Positions 27,590 through 35,814 of a DNA stretch of 50,734 bases are shown here, in pieces. This stretch comes from a virus (taxonomy: Duplodnaviria; Caudoviricetes). The stretch lies in IMG/VR virus record IMGVR_UViG_3300030060_004561, positions 1 to 50,734 of that record, one strand, 5' to 3'. The number at the start of each line of letters is the position of its first letter. Positions within the stretch are counted from its first letter, which is position 1. Both the position numbers and the translations under genes were made by a program. Under the pieces are notes generated by a model, which had not been told where the DNA came from, made no database searches, and saw only the letters and a program-made list of their open reading frames with translations.

Positions 27590-28144
27590 TTAGGCGGTCT
27601 CGCTGACCTCCAGCTTGAAGGTCTTAGCGGCGATCTCGTCGAACCGCTTCGTGATCGCCTTGGCGATCGGCGACTCCGCGCCGCCTGCGTACTTGATGCA
27701 GGCGTCGAAGTCGATGTCGACGATCTTGCCCTTCTCGCGCTTGGCGCAGTGCTCCATGATCGCGACGATCACCTTGCGCTCTGTGTCGACCTTGACCGTG
27801 CGAGTGCGTGCAAAGAACCCGGCGGCGTTCAACGCCCGGTTGATCCGCAACGACACAGCGTTGTCGGAGCGCAGGCGGTGGTGCTTGTCCTTAAGCAGCT
27901 TGCCGACCTCGCTGTGAACCTTCGCCCACGGCGTGCCCTTGCCTGCTTTGTTCTTGCCTTTGACCAGCCCGACTTTCGCGCCGTACGCTTTCATGAAGCG
28001 CACGATCTCAGCCGTGCAGGCTTTCTCGACTTCAGTCTCCACGACAACCAGTTGCAGAATCGCATTTGCGACCGCGCCTGCGGTTTCTACGTTGGCGGTT
28101 TCGGTGATCTCCACAGTCGGGAGTTGGGGTATTTCAAACGTCAT
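27590..28144 (-). CDS. Hypothetical protein, first gene of the early operon
   Basis: 184 aa; GAAAGGAATAG RBS; own terminator; visibly GC3-rich codons. Confidence 0.8.
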   Translation of the reverse strand: MTFEIPQLPTVEITETANVETAGAVANAILQLVVVETEVEKACTAEIVRFMKAYGAKVGLVKGKNKAGKGTPWAKVHSEVGKLLKDKHHRLRSDNAVSLRINRALNAAGFFARTRTVKVDTERKVIVAIMEHCAKREKGKIVDIDFDACIKYAGGAESPIAKAITKRFDEIAAKTFKLEVSETA

Positions 28145-28180
28145 AACACTATTCCTTTCATGAGGGGCAGTATTGATATT

Positions 28181-28200
28181 CTTAAGTCGTGCGACTTAAG
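28181..28200. promoter_or_regulatory. 20-bp palindrome copy (spacer GTGC)
   Basis: Perfect arms; upstream of the first early gene. Confidence 0.8.
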
Positions 28201-28358
28201 CGGCCAATGTGATTGACCTTTTGCCTCTCACCTATATGACAACGGGGACTTTTAGGCCCCCAGCCTAACGCTGCCGTCTAAAAATCACCAGCAGGCGCAC
28301 CCACGCGGGGACGCCCCCACCCCCCCTTCGGGTAGACCCCACGTATAATATAAGGTGT

Positions 28359-28387
28359 TTGAGATTTTTTGGTATTTTCCCTATATT
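28359..28387 (+). promoter_or_regulatory. Sigma70-like promoter; near-leaderless transcript for the TerS-like gene
   Basis: TTGAGA-17 nt-TATATT; ATG 8 nt after the -10 box; no SD. Confidence 0.45.
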
Positions 28388-28395
28388 GTTGACCT

Positions 28396-28896
28396 ATGGC
28401 GAATAAGAAGAAATACGACTGGGATGAGCTGCACAGCGAGTTCATTCGCAGCAATATCTCAATGCGAGACTTGGCGAAGAAGCACAGCATCAGCTACTCG
28501 TATCTAGCTAAGAAGTCATCTAAAGAGAACTGGTTCGAGCAGCGGGAGTCTTTTCAGAGCGAAGCTCGTGAGGCTGTGGCGAATGAAATAGCCAAGCAAG
28601 CGGAGCAGCAGAACAGCGAGCTGTCGAAGATCGTGTGCAAGTCTGCGGAGGAGCACGTTAAGCGATCTAAGGAGACCGGGGACAAACTGTACACACTGTT
28701 CCAAGCTGCGGTTACTGCTATGACTCAGGGGAATCTGCGGGAGATGCGGGGTGCCATTGACGCTTGGGTGGCACTAGACAACCAAATGCGTAAGATTCAC
28801 AAGGTGGACACTGAGTCTAACAAGCCTTTGATAAACATTGCGGTAATGGGGGCGTTGCCCTCGACTCGCACTACCGCTGAAGTGGTTGATGTTTAG
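28396..28896 (+). CDS. Putative terminase small subunit
   Basis: N-terminal HTH YDWDELHSEFI...SMRDLAKKHSISYSYLAKKSSKENW followed by coiled coil, typical of TerS. Confidence 0.6.
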   Translation: MANKKKYDWDELHSEFIRSNISMRDLAKKHSISYSYLAKKSSKENWFEQRESFQSEAREAVANEIAKQAEQQNSELSKIVCKSAEEHVKRSKETGDKLYTLFQAAVTAMTQGNLREMRGAIDAWVALDNQMRKIHKVDTESNKPLINIAVMGALPSTRTTAEVVDV

Positions 28897-29147
28897 AGAA
28901 GTTCAATGCTCTTAATCATTCCCTTTGGAAGTGCTGTGTAGTCCCCTTCTTTAAGGCTGTCGTCCTTAACAGGCTCTGTGAAGTAGGATGAGGCTATGAC
29001 GATGTAATCGTCGAACTCTTGGTGCAGATAGCCAACGGTTACTGCAGGTGCGGGCTTTGCTGATTTTGCTTCGGCATTTATGACTCCGGTAACATCAATC
29101 CAATGAACCTTGCATAGCTTACCCTTTTTTGGAATACGTGCCCCCAC
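28893..29147 (-). CDS. Conserved small phage protein (VHWID...TVGYL...LPKGMI)
   Basis: Recognisable small beta-barrel-like phage motif pattern. Confidence 0.7.
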   Translation of the reverse strand: MGARIPKKGKLCKVHWIDVTGVINAEAKSAKPAPAVTVGYLHQEFDDYIVIASSYFTEPVKDDSLKEGDYTALPKGMIKSIELL

Positions 29148-29156
29148 ACATTGATT

Positions 29157-29360
29157 CTAATTGCCTTTGCGAAGACGGGCAAGGGCAACAGTGCGGCGGC
29201 GTTTAGATTCTTCCTTTAGCTGCGCGGCAAGCTCCGGTTCGTCAATTCTTAGCGCGATGTAGGCCGACTCCAGCATTGAGCTATCGGCGGTGCCGTGAAG
29301 CCACTTTGTCGCCACCTTGACCCACTCTTGTCTGTCGTATGAACGCACGTTGTCGGACAT
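29157..29360 (-). CDS. Hypothetical protein
   Basis: 67 aa, in operon orientation. Confidence 0.6.
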   Translation of the reverse strand: MSDNVRSYDRQEWVKVATKWLHGTADSSMLESAYIALRIDEPELAAQLKEESKRRRTVALARLRKGN

Positions 29361-29440
29361 TTGTTATACCGTTGCGAGGCAGTACACAATGTACAGGAAA
29401 CAGGCTGCTAGGAATAGGTCGAAGATTAGATTCACTGTCC

Positions 29441-30010
29441 TCAAATCGTGATCTCTTCCACCCCGTTCATGTCTATGTAGGCGTTTTCTCTTAATGCAGT
29501 ACCCCCGTTTATGGTTTTCTGCGTCTCGGTAGTCATCACCTCGAATTTGATTCTCCACTCTAAGCCACCCGTATCCTTGTTGTATTCTGCTAATAGTGTG
29601 TGGTAGCAAACGCTTGAGTCTACTAACACCAAAAGGCCAGTAAGATTAGTCCTTAGCGAGTACGCTGTGTCGTAACATCGTTTTAGTTTGTCGTATGTTA
29701 CTAGCCATGTTCCTTTCCACTCATCAAAGAATTTCTCTTTGGTTACACCAAATCGTGATTTAATTTCCATTACTTGGTTTATCTCGGCATCTATCCATAC
29801 GCATCTAGCATCTACCGGGGAGCCTATGTGCTTAGACGCCCATTGTCCGTCCGGTATCCCAATAATTGCATCTAGGTCTGCATACCTGTCTTGGTTGGTT
29901 TCAATCCAGCAATGCTTTGGATTTTTCTTGTTCCACGCTTTTAGCCCTTTTCTTGCCCAGTCAACGGCTACTAACCCCATCGGGGACATTGCGTCTATGT
30001 CCTTTTTCAT
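29441..30010 (-). CDS. Putative PD-(D/E)XK-family nuclease
   Basis: YADLDAII...VMEIKSR motif; start moved to ATG 30010. Confidence 0.55.
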   Translation of the reverse strand: MKKDIDAMSPMGLVAVDWARKGLKAWNKKNPKHCWIETNQDRYADLDAIIGIPDGQWASKHIGSPVDARCVWIDAEINQVMEIKSRFGVTKEKFFDEWKGTWLVTYDKLKRCYDTAYSLRTNLTGLLVLVDSSVCYHTLLAEYNKDTGGLEWRIKFEVMTTETQKTINGGTALRENAYIDMNGVEEITI

Positions 30011-30187
30011 AATTGGAGGGGGGTGGTGCTGCGGGAGAGAGGCCCAGCGGGGAGCTGGGAAGGAGGTTCCCGTGAGAATCAGCACCACCCCTTAAATAGT
30101 TTTAACAATACGTTGTTCCCATACGTCTAATAAGTATGAATGAGTTTGGTCTAGCTTTAGCACTGGTGGATACAGCAGCAGTGGTTC

Positions 30188-30361
30188 TCACTGCGGGTAG
30201 TCTTTTTTATATCGCAACGAAGATGAAGTAGGCTTATGCGCCCGCTTCCCCCGCCCCCAGTTGATAGCGTCATAGTTTTTGTCGTACTGCTTCTTGTCGG
30301 CATGGCGTGCCTTGCTGCCCTTGCCGCTACTTGAAACAGGCTTTCCATCGTATCCAATCAT
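30188..30361 (-). CDS. Small phage protein, 57 aa (GKGSKARHADKKQYDKNYDAINW)
   Basis: ATG 1 nt after the initiator stop; the GKGS..R..DKK.Y..NYD.I motif is common in phages. Not in the ORF track, which shows another frame. Confidence 0.65.
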   Translation of the reverse strand: MIGYDGKPVSSSGKGSKARHADKKQYDKNYDAINWGRGKRAHKPTSSSLRYKKDYPQ

Positions 30362-30362
30362 A

Positions 30363-31052
30363 TTAGCTCCATTTCTCTATTGTTCTTCCTAGTGGGTCTA
30401 CGTCTCCTCCGACCCCTAGCTTCAGATTCGCTTTCTCGCTTATCCAGCCTACTAAGGCGTTTGTGAAGGCAGAGTTCCAGCACACCTGCTGCACACCCTT
30501 GCTCTTGCACCAGTTCCGGTAAAACTCAGCGGCCTTCTTAATATCGACGCCCAGTGAGCTTGCTCGTTCCTTATGAGCCTCAGTGGGTTCCCAGTCATCG
30601 GGAATATCCGTAGCCTTTTTCTTAGCCTTGGTTTTGTTTTGGGGTTTACTTACGTCTTCGCTTTCGACTTCGTCTTCGTCTTCCACCGTCATCTGCCCGT
30701 CATTTGTAATACGCTTGCTGGAATTTCCACAATTTTCGGGAAACTTTGAAGGTGTTCGGGTTCTTTGGTTAAAGTGCTGAATCTCTAGCAATGGTTTCCC
30801 TTCGACACTTTCATAGAGACATATCAGTCCCTGCTTAGAGCAAAGGTTCAACCAATCCTTAATGTTCTCGGTAGAGACCTTATCAACCTGAAGCGGGTAG
30901 CAACGACTTACCAGAAGCTGCGGCAGGGCACTGTATCGGCCATAATCGTCTACAACAGACATCAAACGTCGATAGAATAGCTCCGCATCCCAAGGTAGAT
31001 TGTTGACGGCGACAGATTCGATTATCCCATCTCTTATGATTCTCGACGGCAT
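30363..31052 (-). CDS. Phage replication initiator (wHTH N-terminus, DnaT-like C-terminus)
   Basis: MPSRIIRDGI...AELFYRRLMSVVDDYGR and IPDDWEPT motifs. Confidence 0.75.
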   Translation of the reverse strand: MPSRIIRDGIIESVAVNNLPWDAELFYRRLMSVVDDYGRYSALPQLLVSRCYPLQVDKVSTENIKDWLNLCSKQGLICLYESVEGKPLLEIQHFNQRTRTPSKFPENCGNSSKRITNDGQMTVEDEDEVESEDVSKPQNKTKAKKKATDIPDDWEPTEAHKERASSLGVDIKKAAEFYRNWCKSKGVQQVCWNSAFTNALVGWISEKANLKLGVGGDVDPLGRTIEKWS

Positions 31053-32110
31053 ACCTTAGCCTTTCCCGTTTTTTCCTCGATTAAATCGTACAAGGAAGTG
31101 TTTAAGGTTTCCTTCGCCTCTGATGGGTGAAGCTCTCCATATTGCTGAATCTGTTTAGTGAGCTTAGGAAGGCTCACAGAGCAGCTTTCTAGGAATCCGC
31201 TGTCTGATACCAGACCCTCCTCCTTAAGCCGTTCTAGGGCCATCTGAGGCTCAGTAATGCGCCTTGTGGTTCTGCCTGCGACCAGCTCAAAGTTAGGCAC
31301 GCCTAGTTCGTGCTCCTCAAGAAGCTCACGAACGTGATTTTCTATGGCGTTACACATCTCCCTGACGGCTGGCACAACAGCCATAGCCTCAGATAACTGG
31401 ACAGGGGTAAGAGCGGTAACGTCCTTGACCCTTGCTATAGCGGAGGATTTAGCCTGCAGAGCAGGGCAAAGCTCCTTAGCCTTGCAATACTTGCACTGTT
31501 TGTCTCCAGCCCGAAGGAATGCGTTGCCGTCATTCATCCTCCGCAGCACAGCATTTACCCTGTTCCGTACCTTTGCCATGCCCTTTTTGTCGTATGTATG
31601 GGTCGTGGAAGGGCCGCAAGTGGGCTGGATAATAGCGACAGTAACCTCCTCAAAGCGGTATTTGTAGTTTGCCAGCACCGCCAGCCACATGAGCTGCTTG
31701 TTCTCGGATGCGTTGGCGACCTTGAGCGGGCCTGTCTTGTAGTCAGCGATTAGGCACAGGCCGTCACGGATGGCCACAAAGTCTGGTACTCCGCTGAACT
31801 TATCGTTCCGATACCACAGGCGTACCTCTTGAATAATTCTAGGGGGGTTGGTTCTCCAATCGTCCCACATCAAATCCATCAATGCCTCGCGTTGTTGCAG
31901 GCATTTGCTTGCGATCACTTGATCGTATCCCTCCAGCTTCACCTCGTCAGGCTTGTAGAGCCAGTGGTGAATTAGGTCTCCCTTCATTGATTGTGAAGTA
32001 GACTTGTCCTTCAGTCCGAGGGACATAGCGTGCCGTCCGGGGCATAGCTCATTTGCCTCTGCGTCAGAAGCTGACGGCCTTCCTTTACGTTCGTCTATCA
32101 TATGGTTCAT
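31034..32110 (-). CDS. Cas4-like PD-(D/E)XK exonuclease (DUF2800-like)
   Basis: PSAS...CPG, G.LIH, SGVPD...IADYKTG, QL...A and CKYCKAKELCP (4-Cys Fe-S staple). Confidence 0.8.
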   Translation of the reverse strand: MNHMIDERKGRPSASDAEANELCPGRHAMSLGLKDKSTSQSMKGDLIHHWLYKPDEVKLEGYDQVIASKCLQQREALMDLMWDDWRTNPPRIIQEVRLWYRNDKFSGVPDFVAIRDGLCLIADYKTGPLKVANASENKQLMWLAVLANYKYRFEEVTVAIIQPTCGPSTTHTYDKKGMAKVRNRVNAVLRRMNDGNAFLRAGDKQCKYCKAKELCPALQAKSSAIARVKDVTALTPVQLSEAMAVVPAVREMCNAIENHVRELLEEHELGVPNFELVAGRTTRRITEPQMALERLKEEGLVSDSGFLESCSVSLPKLTKQIQQYGELHPSEAKETLNTSLYDLIEEKTGKAKVCRRES

Positions 32111-32351
32111 TACTTTTCCTCCTTATCCTCTCAATGGGCAACCCAAAACCCGCTACCTCTGCCGCTGACTCAAGCCCTCCCGAAAGGAAGAAGGGCTTGA
32201 GATTGGCTAACCTTTCAGCTTCGCCACGCGACAAAGGGCGGATAGGGTTGCAATCTTTGTCGAGTAGGCCGTCAGTAACCGCCTTCCTTCGGTCATGCAC
32301 CGCCTGTTCAATAACACAGGCGATAAGCTCCCTGACGGCATACTCGTCCAT
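32085..32351 (-). CDS. Hypothetical protein (LIACVIEQAVHD motif)
   Basis: 88 aa in the replication operon. Confidence 0.65.
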   Translation of the reverse strand: MDEYAVRELIACVIEQAVHDRRKAVTDGLLDKDCNPIRPLSRGEAERLANLKPFFLSGGLESAAEVAGFGLPIERIRRKSNEPYDRRT

Positions 32352-32357
32352 TCATAG

Positions 32358-32810
32358 CTAGAACGCCACGTCGTCAGCAACGAAGCCTTCTTCTTCCTCG
32401 AATCCACCGCCAGCAGCGTACTCGACCATCTCAATGATCTGCACACCTTGGAGGCCGCACCCAACTCCAGCACCATTCCCGTGGTCTGGGTAGTCGTATG
32501 CGTTGATAATGACATTAGCAATGGTTCCATTGCCGATGCCGCTTAGGTCTTCAATAGTGTTACGCTTCGCGTCCACCACTTGCACAGGGCGAGTAGCCTT
32601 GGCGATGACGTACATCCCCATCTCGGCCTTACCCTTTTCTTTTCCGTCAGTCACATTAAGACCTAACTTCTTGAGAGCGGTCACATCATCCTTGCTCAGG
32701 TTGGTGCAGTTCACTTGGAACTTCTTGCTCTTGTCGTTAGGAGTCGCAAGGTGTGCCCAGTACAGGGTGCAGTTGCGAATCTTGTGATATGTATTTTTCT
32801 TTTCAGCCAT
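32358..32810 (-). CDS. Single-stranded DNA-binding protein (T7 gp2.5 / DUF2815-like)
   Basis: LYWAHL..PN, IGNGT.ANV, GVGCGLQGVQI; acidic tail ending in Phe (DDVAF). Confidence 0.8.
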   Translation of the reverse strand: MAEKKNTYHKIRNCTLYWAHLATPNDKSKKFQVNCTNLSKDDVTALKKLGLNVTDGKEKGKAEMGMYVIAKATRPVQVVDAKRNTIEDLSGIGNGTIANVIINAYDYPDHGNGAGVGCGLQGVQIIEMVEYAAGGGFEEEEGFVADDVAF

Positions 32811-32904
32811 CTTTTTGTTTCGTTTTGGTTTCGTTTTAGTTTAGGTGCTGGATGCCCGATTTCTACTCGCCACGATCTTAATCAGTGGTCGGGAGTGCCC
32901 AGCG

Positions 32905-33231
32905 TCACTGAATCTTAGTTAGCCTTACTATTGCCCCCTCTTCCCCCTTTGGAACCATCTTCACATCCACCGATATTTTCGGGATGAACTTCCAAGCATC
33001 GTCGGCTGGCAGTAAGGACATCGCAAATTGTGGCCAATGCTCCATCGAGGTCTCTTCGCCTCTTGTCTGAGACAAGCACTGTAACTGAGAGATGATACTG
33101 TCCTTCGCTTGATCCATCCATTTCTTTGCTTTCGGTGCAGTTATTAGTCGTTTACCAACAATGATTTTCTTGTTCTTAAAGGCAGGTACATGGCCTATCC
33201 CTTTTATCACCAATGTCAAAGGCTCCTCCAT
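32905..33231 (-). CDS. RusA-like Holliday junction resolvase with the catalytic segment in an alternative frame
   Basis: Main frame has VPAFKN...DD.W; the overlapping frame 32915-33121 has DKRRRDLDG...ICDVL. Confidence 0.6.
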   Translation of the reverse strand: MEEPLTLVIKGIGHVPAFKNKKIIVGKRLITAPKAKKWMDQAKDSIISQLQCLSQTRGEETSMEHWPQFAMSLLPADDAWKFIPKISVDVKMVPKGEEGAIVRLTKIQ

Positions 33232-34557
33232 TTAGTCCGTAAATACAGCAGATTTGAATCTGGTAAGGTGGGGGACGAACTGCAGGTCTATTCTCCCGCA
33301 TGGCCCGTTCCGGTGCTTGGCGACAATAACCTCCACAATGTTATTCTCGTCCCCAGTAGCGTGCAGCAATGCGACTATGTCAGCATCCTGCTCAATGCTT
33401 CCGCTATCACGCAAGTCGCTAAGTCTAGGCTTGCGGTCTTGATCCTCAACCTTTCGGGATAGCTGGCTTAGAACGAGCACGGGTATGTCTAGTTCCTTCG
33501 CCACGCTTTTCACAGCGTCAGAAATCTTGCCTACCTCTTGAACCCGCGAGTCAGCCTTCGCGTTCATACGCTGCAGATAGTCAATCACTAGGAACTTGAT
33601 GCCGTACTTGTACTTCATCTGCCTAGCCCTAGACATAAGCTGTATCGGATTTAAGCTGCCGCTTTCGTCTATGTACAAAGGCGACCTAGCAATCTTGCAT
33701 CCGTTGGTTGCAATCGACTGTATTTCACTCGCAGCAAGGCGACCACTCGCAATGTTATGTCCGTTTACTCCTGCACGAGATGACAGCATTCTCTTAACGA
33801 GGGATCGAGATGTCATCTCTAGAGAGAAAAATCCTGTAGGGATTCCTTGGTCTATTGCCACGTTTTCCGCAATGGTCAACGCCAGACTGGTCTTGCCCTG
33901 TGACGGCCTCGCAGCGAGCACAATCATGTCGCCATCCTTAAGACCCGTAGTAATTTTATCGAGAGCGGGAAACCCCGTTGAGATTCCAACAACAGTACCT
34001 TGGTTGGCGTATGCAGTCTCAATGTCGGTCATAGCCATCTTGACTACATCCTTCAACGGAGTTATCCCGCTCTCCCTGTCATCAGATAGAAGCCCCATCA
34101 GCTTAGACTGGGCATCGTTTAGCAGCTCGTCATCATCACCTTTGCCGCTAACTATCGACAGGATTTGCTGCGCGGTGGTCGTGAGGGAGCGCAGCTCGGA
34201 CTTCTTCTTTACCTTAGCCACATACGCTGGAAGTCCAGCAGCGGATGGGACTTGGTTGGGTAGCGAACTCACATAAGGCAAACCGCCGATAGCGTTAAGC
34301 CCTCCTTCAACTGTATCCTTCGCCTCTTGAAAAATAGTAATAGTGTCAACCACCGTCCCGTCATTCCTCAGCTTAAGCATGAGTTCAAACAAGTTGCGGT
34401 GCCGATGCTCGTAGAAATCGTCAGGGATGAGTGATGTCGCCGCATCATCAATGCAAGCTGGCTCTAGCAAGCAGCAGCCAAGCACAGCAGCTTCAGCCTG
34501 AGAGGACGCTGGTATGCTAATTTCCTGCTGTATCGTCGATTCCATATTGCTTGGCAA
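33232..34557 (-). CDS. dnaB: Replicative DNA helicase
   Basis: AEAAVLG, AARPSQGKT (Walker A), FSLEM, IDYLQ, LSQLSR, SDLRDSGSIEQDAD, AKHRNGP. Confidence 0.97.
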   Translation of the reverse strand: MPSNMESTIQQEISIPASSQAEAAVLGCCLLEPACIDDAATSLIPDDFYEHRHRNLFELMLKLRNDGTVVDTITIFQEAKDTVEGGLNAIGGLPYVSSLPNQVPSAAGLPAYVAKVKKKSELRSLTTTAQQILSIVSGKGDDDELLNDAQSKLMGLLSDDRESGITPLKDVVKMAMTDIETAYANQGTVVGISTGFPALDKITTGLKDGDMIVLAARPSQGKTSLALTIAENVAIDQGIPTGFFSLEMTSRSLVKRMLSSRAGVNGHNIASGRLAASEIQSIATNGCKIARSPLYIDESGSLNPIQLMSRARQMKYKYGIKFLVIDYLQRMNAKADSRVQEVGKISDAVKSVAKELDIPVLVLSQLSRKVEDQDRKPRLSDLRDSGSIEQDADIVALLHATGDENNIVEVIVAKHRNGPCGRIDLQFVPHLTRFKSAVFTD

Positions 34558-34732
34558 GTTTGGCTGTTTCGGTCAGAACGCAGTGACGAATGATGGAGGA
34601 TACAGGGATTCCAGAGGCTTCTGAAATCTTCTTCAACACATCGTCGAGTTTCTTCGGGATTCTAAAACAGGTGGTCTTTTCCATGCGCCTTGGCATGGCA
34701 TCGTTTGTAGTTGCAATACTCATGTCTGTCAA
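34517..34732 (-). CDS. Ribbon-helix-helix (CopG/Arc-like) DNA-binding protein
   Basis: TTCFRIPKKLDDVLKKISEASGIPVSSIIR fits the RHH pattern; exact start uncertain. Confidence 0.7.
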   Translation of the reverse strand: MTDMSIATTNDAMPRRMEKTTCFRIPKKLDDVLKKISEASGIPVSSIIRHCVLTETAKLAKQYGIDDTAGN

Positions 34733-34737
34733 TTTTA

Positions 34738-35751
34738 TTACGCTACCTTAATCATTTCTTTTTCGTTTTGCTGAAAGTAATTTTCAGCCTCAGCAGGGAG
34801 CACCAAAGTTCTGTAATGCTTAAAGAGCATATCGTAGTTCCCGTGCCCCATAGCATCCCTTGTCCATTCGTACCCGTACTTAGATAACGCATACGAAGCG
34901 AACGTGTGCCTAGTGCAGCTATTAGGCCAAACCCCCAGCAACCCTATGCTGTTCTTTATTGCATTCCAATTAGACTTCCAGTTATCGCACTGAATGCTCA
35001 TCTTCTCCTGCCAAGCCCAGCACAGAATGTCGTGCAGCTTGGGGCAAATCTTAATCAGCCTTTCCCTTCTGTCTTTGGCCTTCGAGGCGGGGACATGGAT
35101 GTATTTGTCCGAAAGCGATATGTCCTGCCAGTTAATGCTTTCCGACTCACGTTCCGGTCTGGTTCCAGCGTAAAGCTGTATAGACATCCGGGGGATTGCT
35201 TCGGGGCAATATGCCTTGGCGTAGGCGGTCATGCTCTGAACCTCCTCGACAGTTAGAATCTCCTTGGCCTCCTCTTTAGCCTCAAGCTCTTCCACAGAAT
35301 GCTTGTAGGTTGAGATTCTCTTGGTCGGATTTAACTCAGCAATTCCCTCCCGAATGCTCCAGTTGTATAGGTTTTTGACTTCCTTGATGTAACCGTTCTT
35401 TGTGCGAGTGGCTAGGCCCATAGAAGAGACCCACTGTTTTATCTCGCTATGCTGCACCTCATCCAGTAATCTCCCCTTAAATGACTCTCCGAAACGCAAA
35501 ATTATAGATCGCAATGTCTTCATTGTGGTAGCTGCGTTTCCAGCATCTTCCTTATCCTTCAAGAACCGTTCAACGGCTGATGAAACCTCAGCCATCCTCT
35601 GCCTACGTTTCTCTACGGAAACCTGCTCTTTTACCACGTCCAGTAGGTTTAGGTTGTTGTCCCGAACTAAACGCAGTGCCAGAGCCATCTCATGTTTTTC
35701 TTCTTCGCTGGCGTACATATGACTGACATTTGTATCACGAATGCAATGCAT
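34738..35751 (-). CDS. int: Tyrosine recombinase / integrase
   Basis: SAM-like core domain; YAGTRPERE (R), KAK (K), NSCTRHTFASY, MGH, LFKHY (catalytic Tyr). Confidence 0.9.
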   Translation of the reverse strand: MHCIRDTNVSHMYASEEEKHEMALALRLVRDNNLNLLDVVKEQVSVEKRRQRMAEVSSAVERFLKDKEDAGNAATTMKTLRSIILRFGESFKGRLLDEVQHSEIKQWVSSMGLATRTKNGYIKEVKNLYNWSIREGIAELNPTKRISTYKHSVEELEAKEEAKEILTVEEVQSMTAYAKAYCPEAIPRMSIQLYAGTRPERESESINWQDISLSDKYIHVPASKAKDRRERLIKICPKLHDILCWAWQEKMSIQCDNWKSNWNAIKNSIGLLGVWPNSCTRHTFASYALSKYGYEWTRDAMGHGNYDMLFKHYRTLVLPAEAENYFQQNEKEMIKVA

Positions 35752-35785
35752 TGCAAAGAAAAGTTATTAACAGGCTTTCTAACGC

Positions 35786-35814
35786 TTGACGGTGAGATAA
35801 GGTGAGGCTAAGTT
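35786..35814 (+). promoter_or_regulatory. Sigma70-like promoter for the capsid gene
   Basis: TTGACG-17 nt-TAAGTT, about 165 nt upstream of ATG 35980. Confidence 0.45.

Noticed and set aside
27578-28216. 212-aa + strand ORF
   Set aside because: Antisense shadow of the GC3-rich gene 27590-28144, which has the RBS and terminator.
30157-30357. ORF-track 66-aa protein
   Set aside because: The overlapping frame 30188-30361 has an ATG start next to the upstream stop and a recognisable phage motif.
31034-32110. Cas4-like nuclease as part of the Cas7-like system
   Set aside because: It sits 6 kb away beside SSB in a standard replication/recombination operon, where this family is common.
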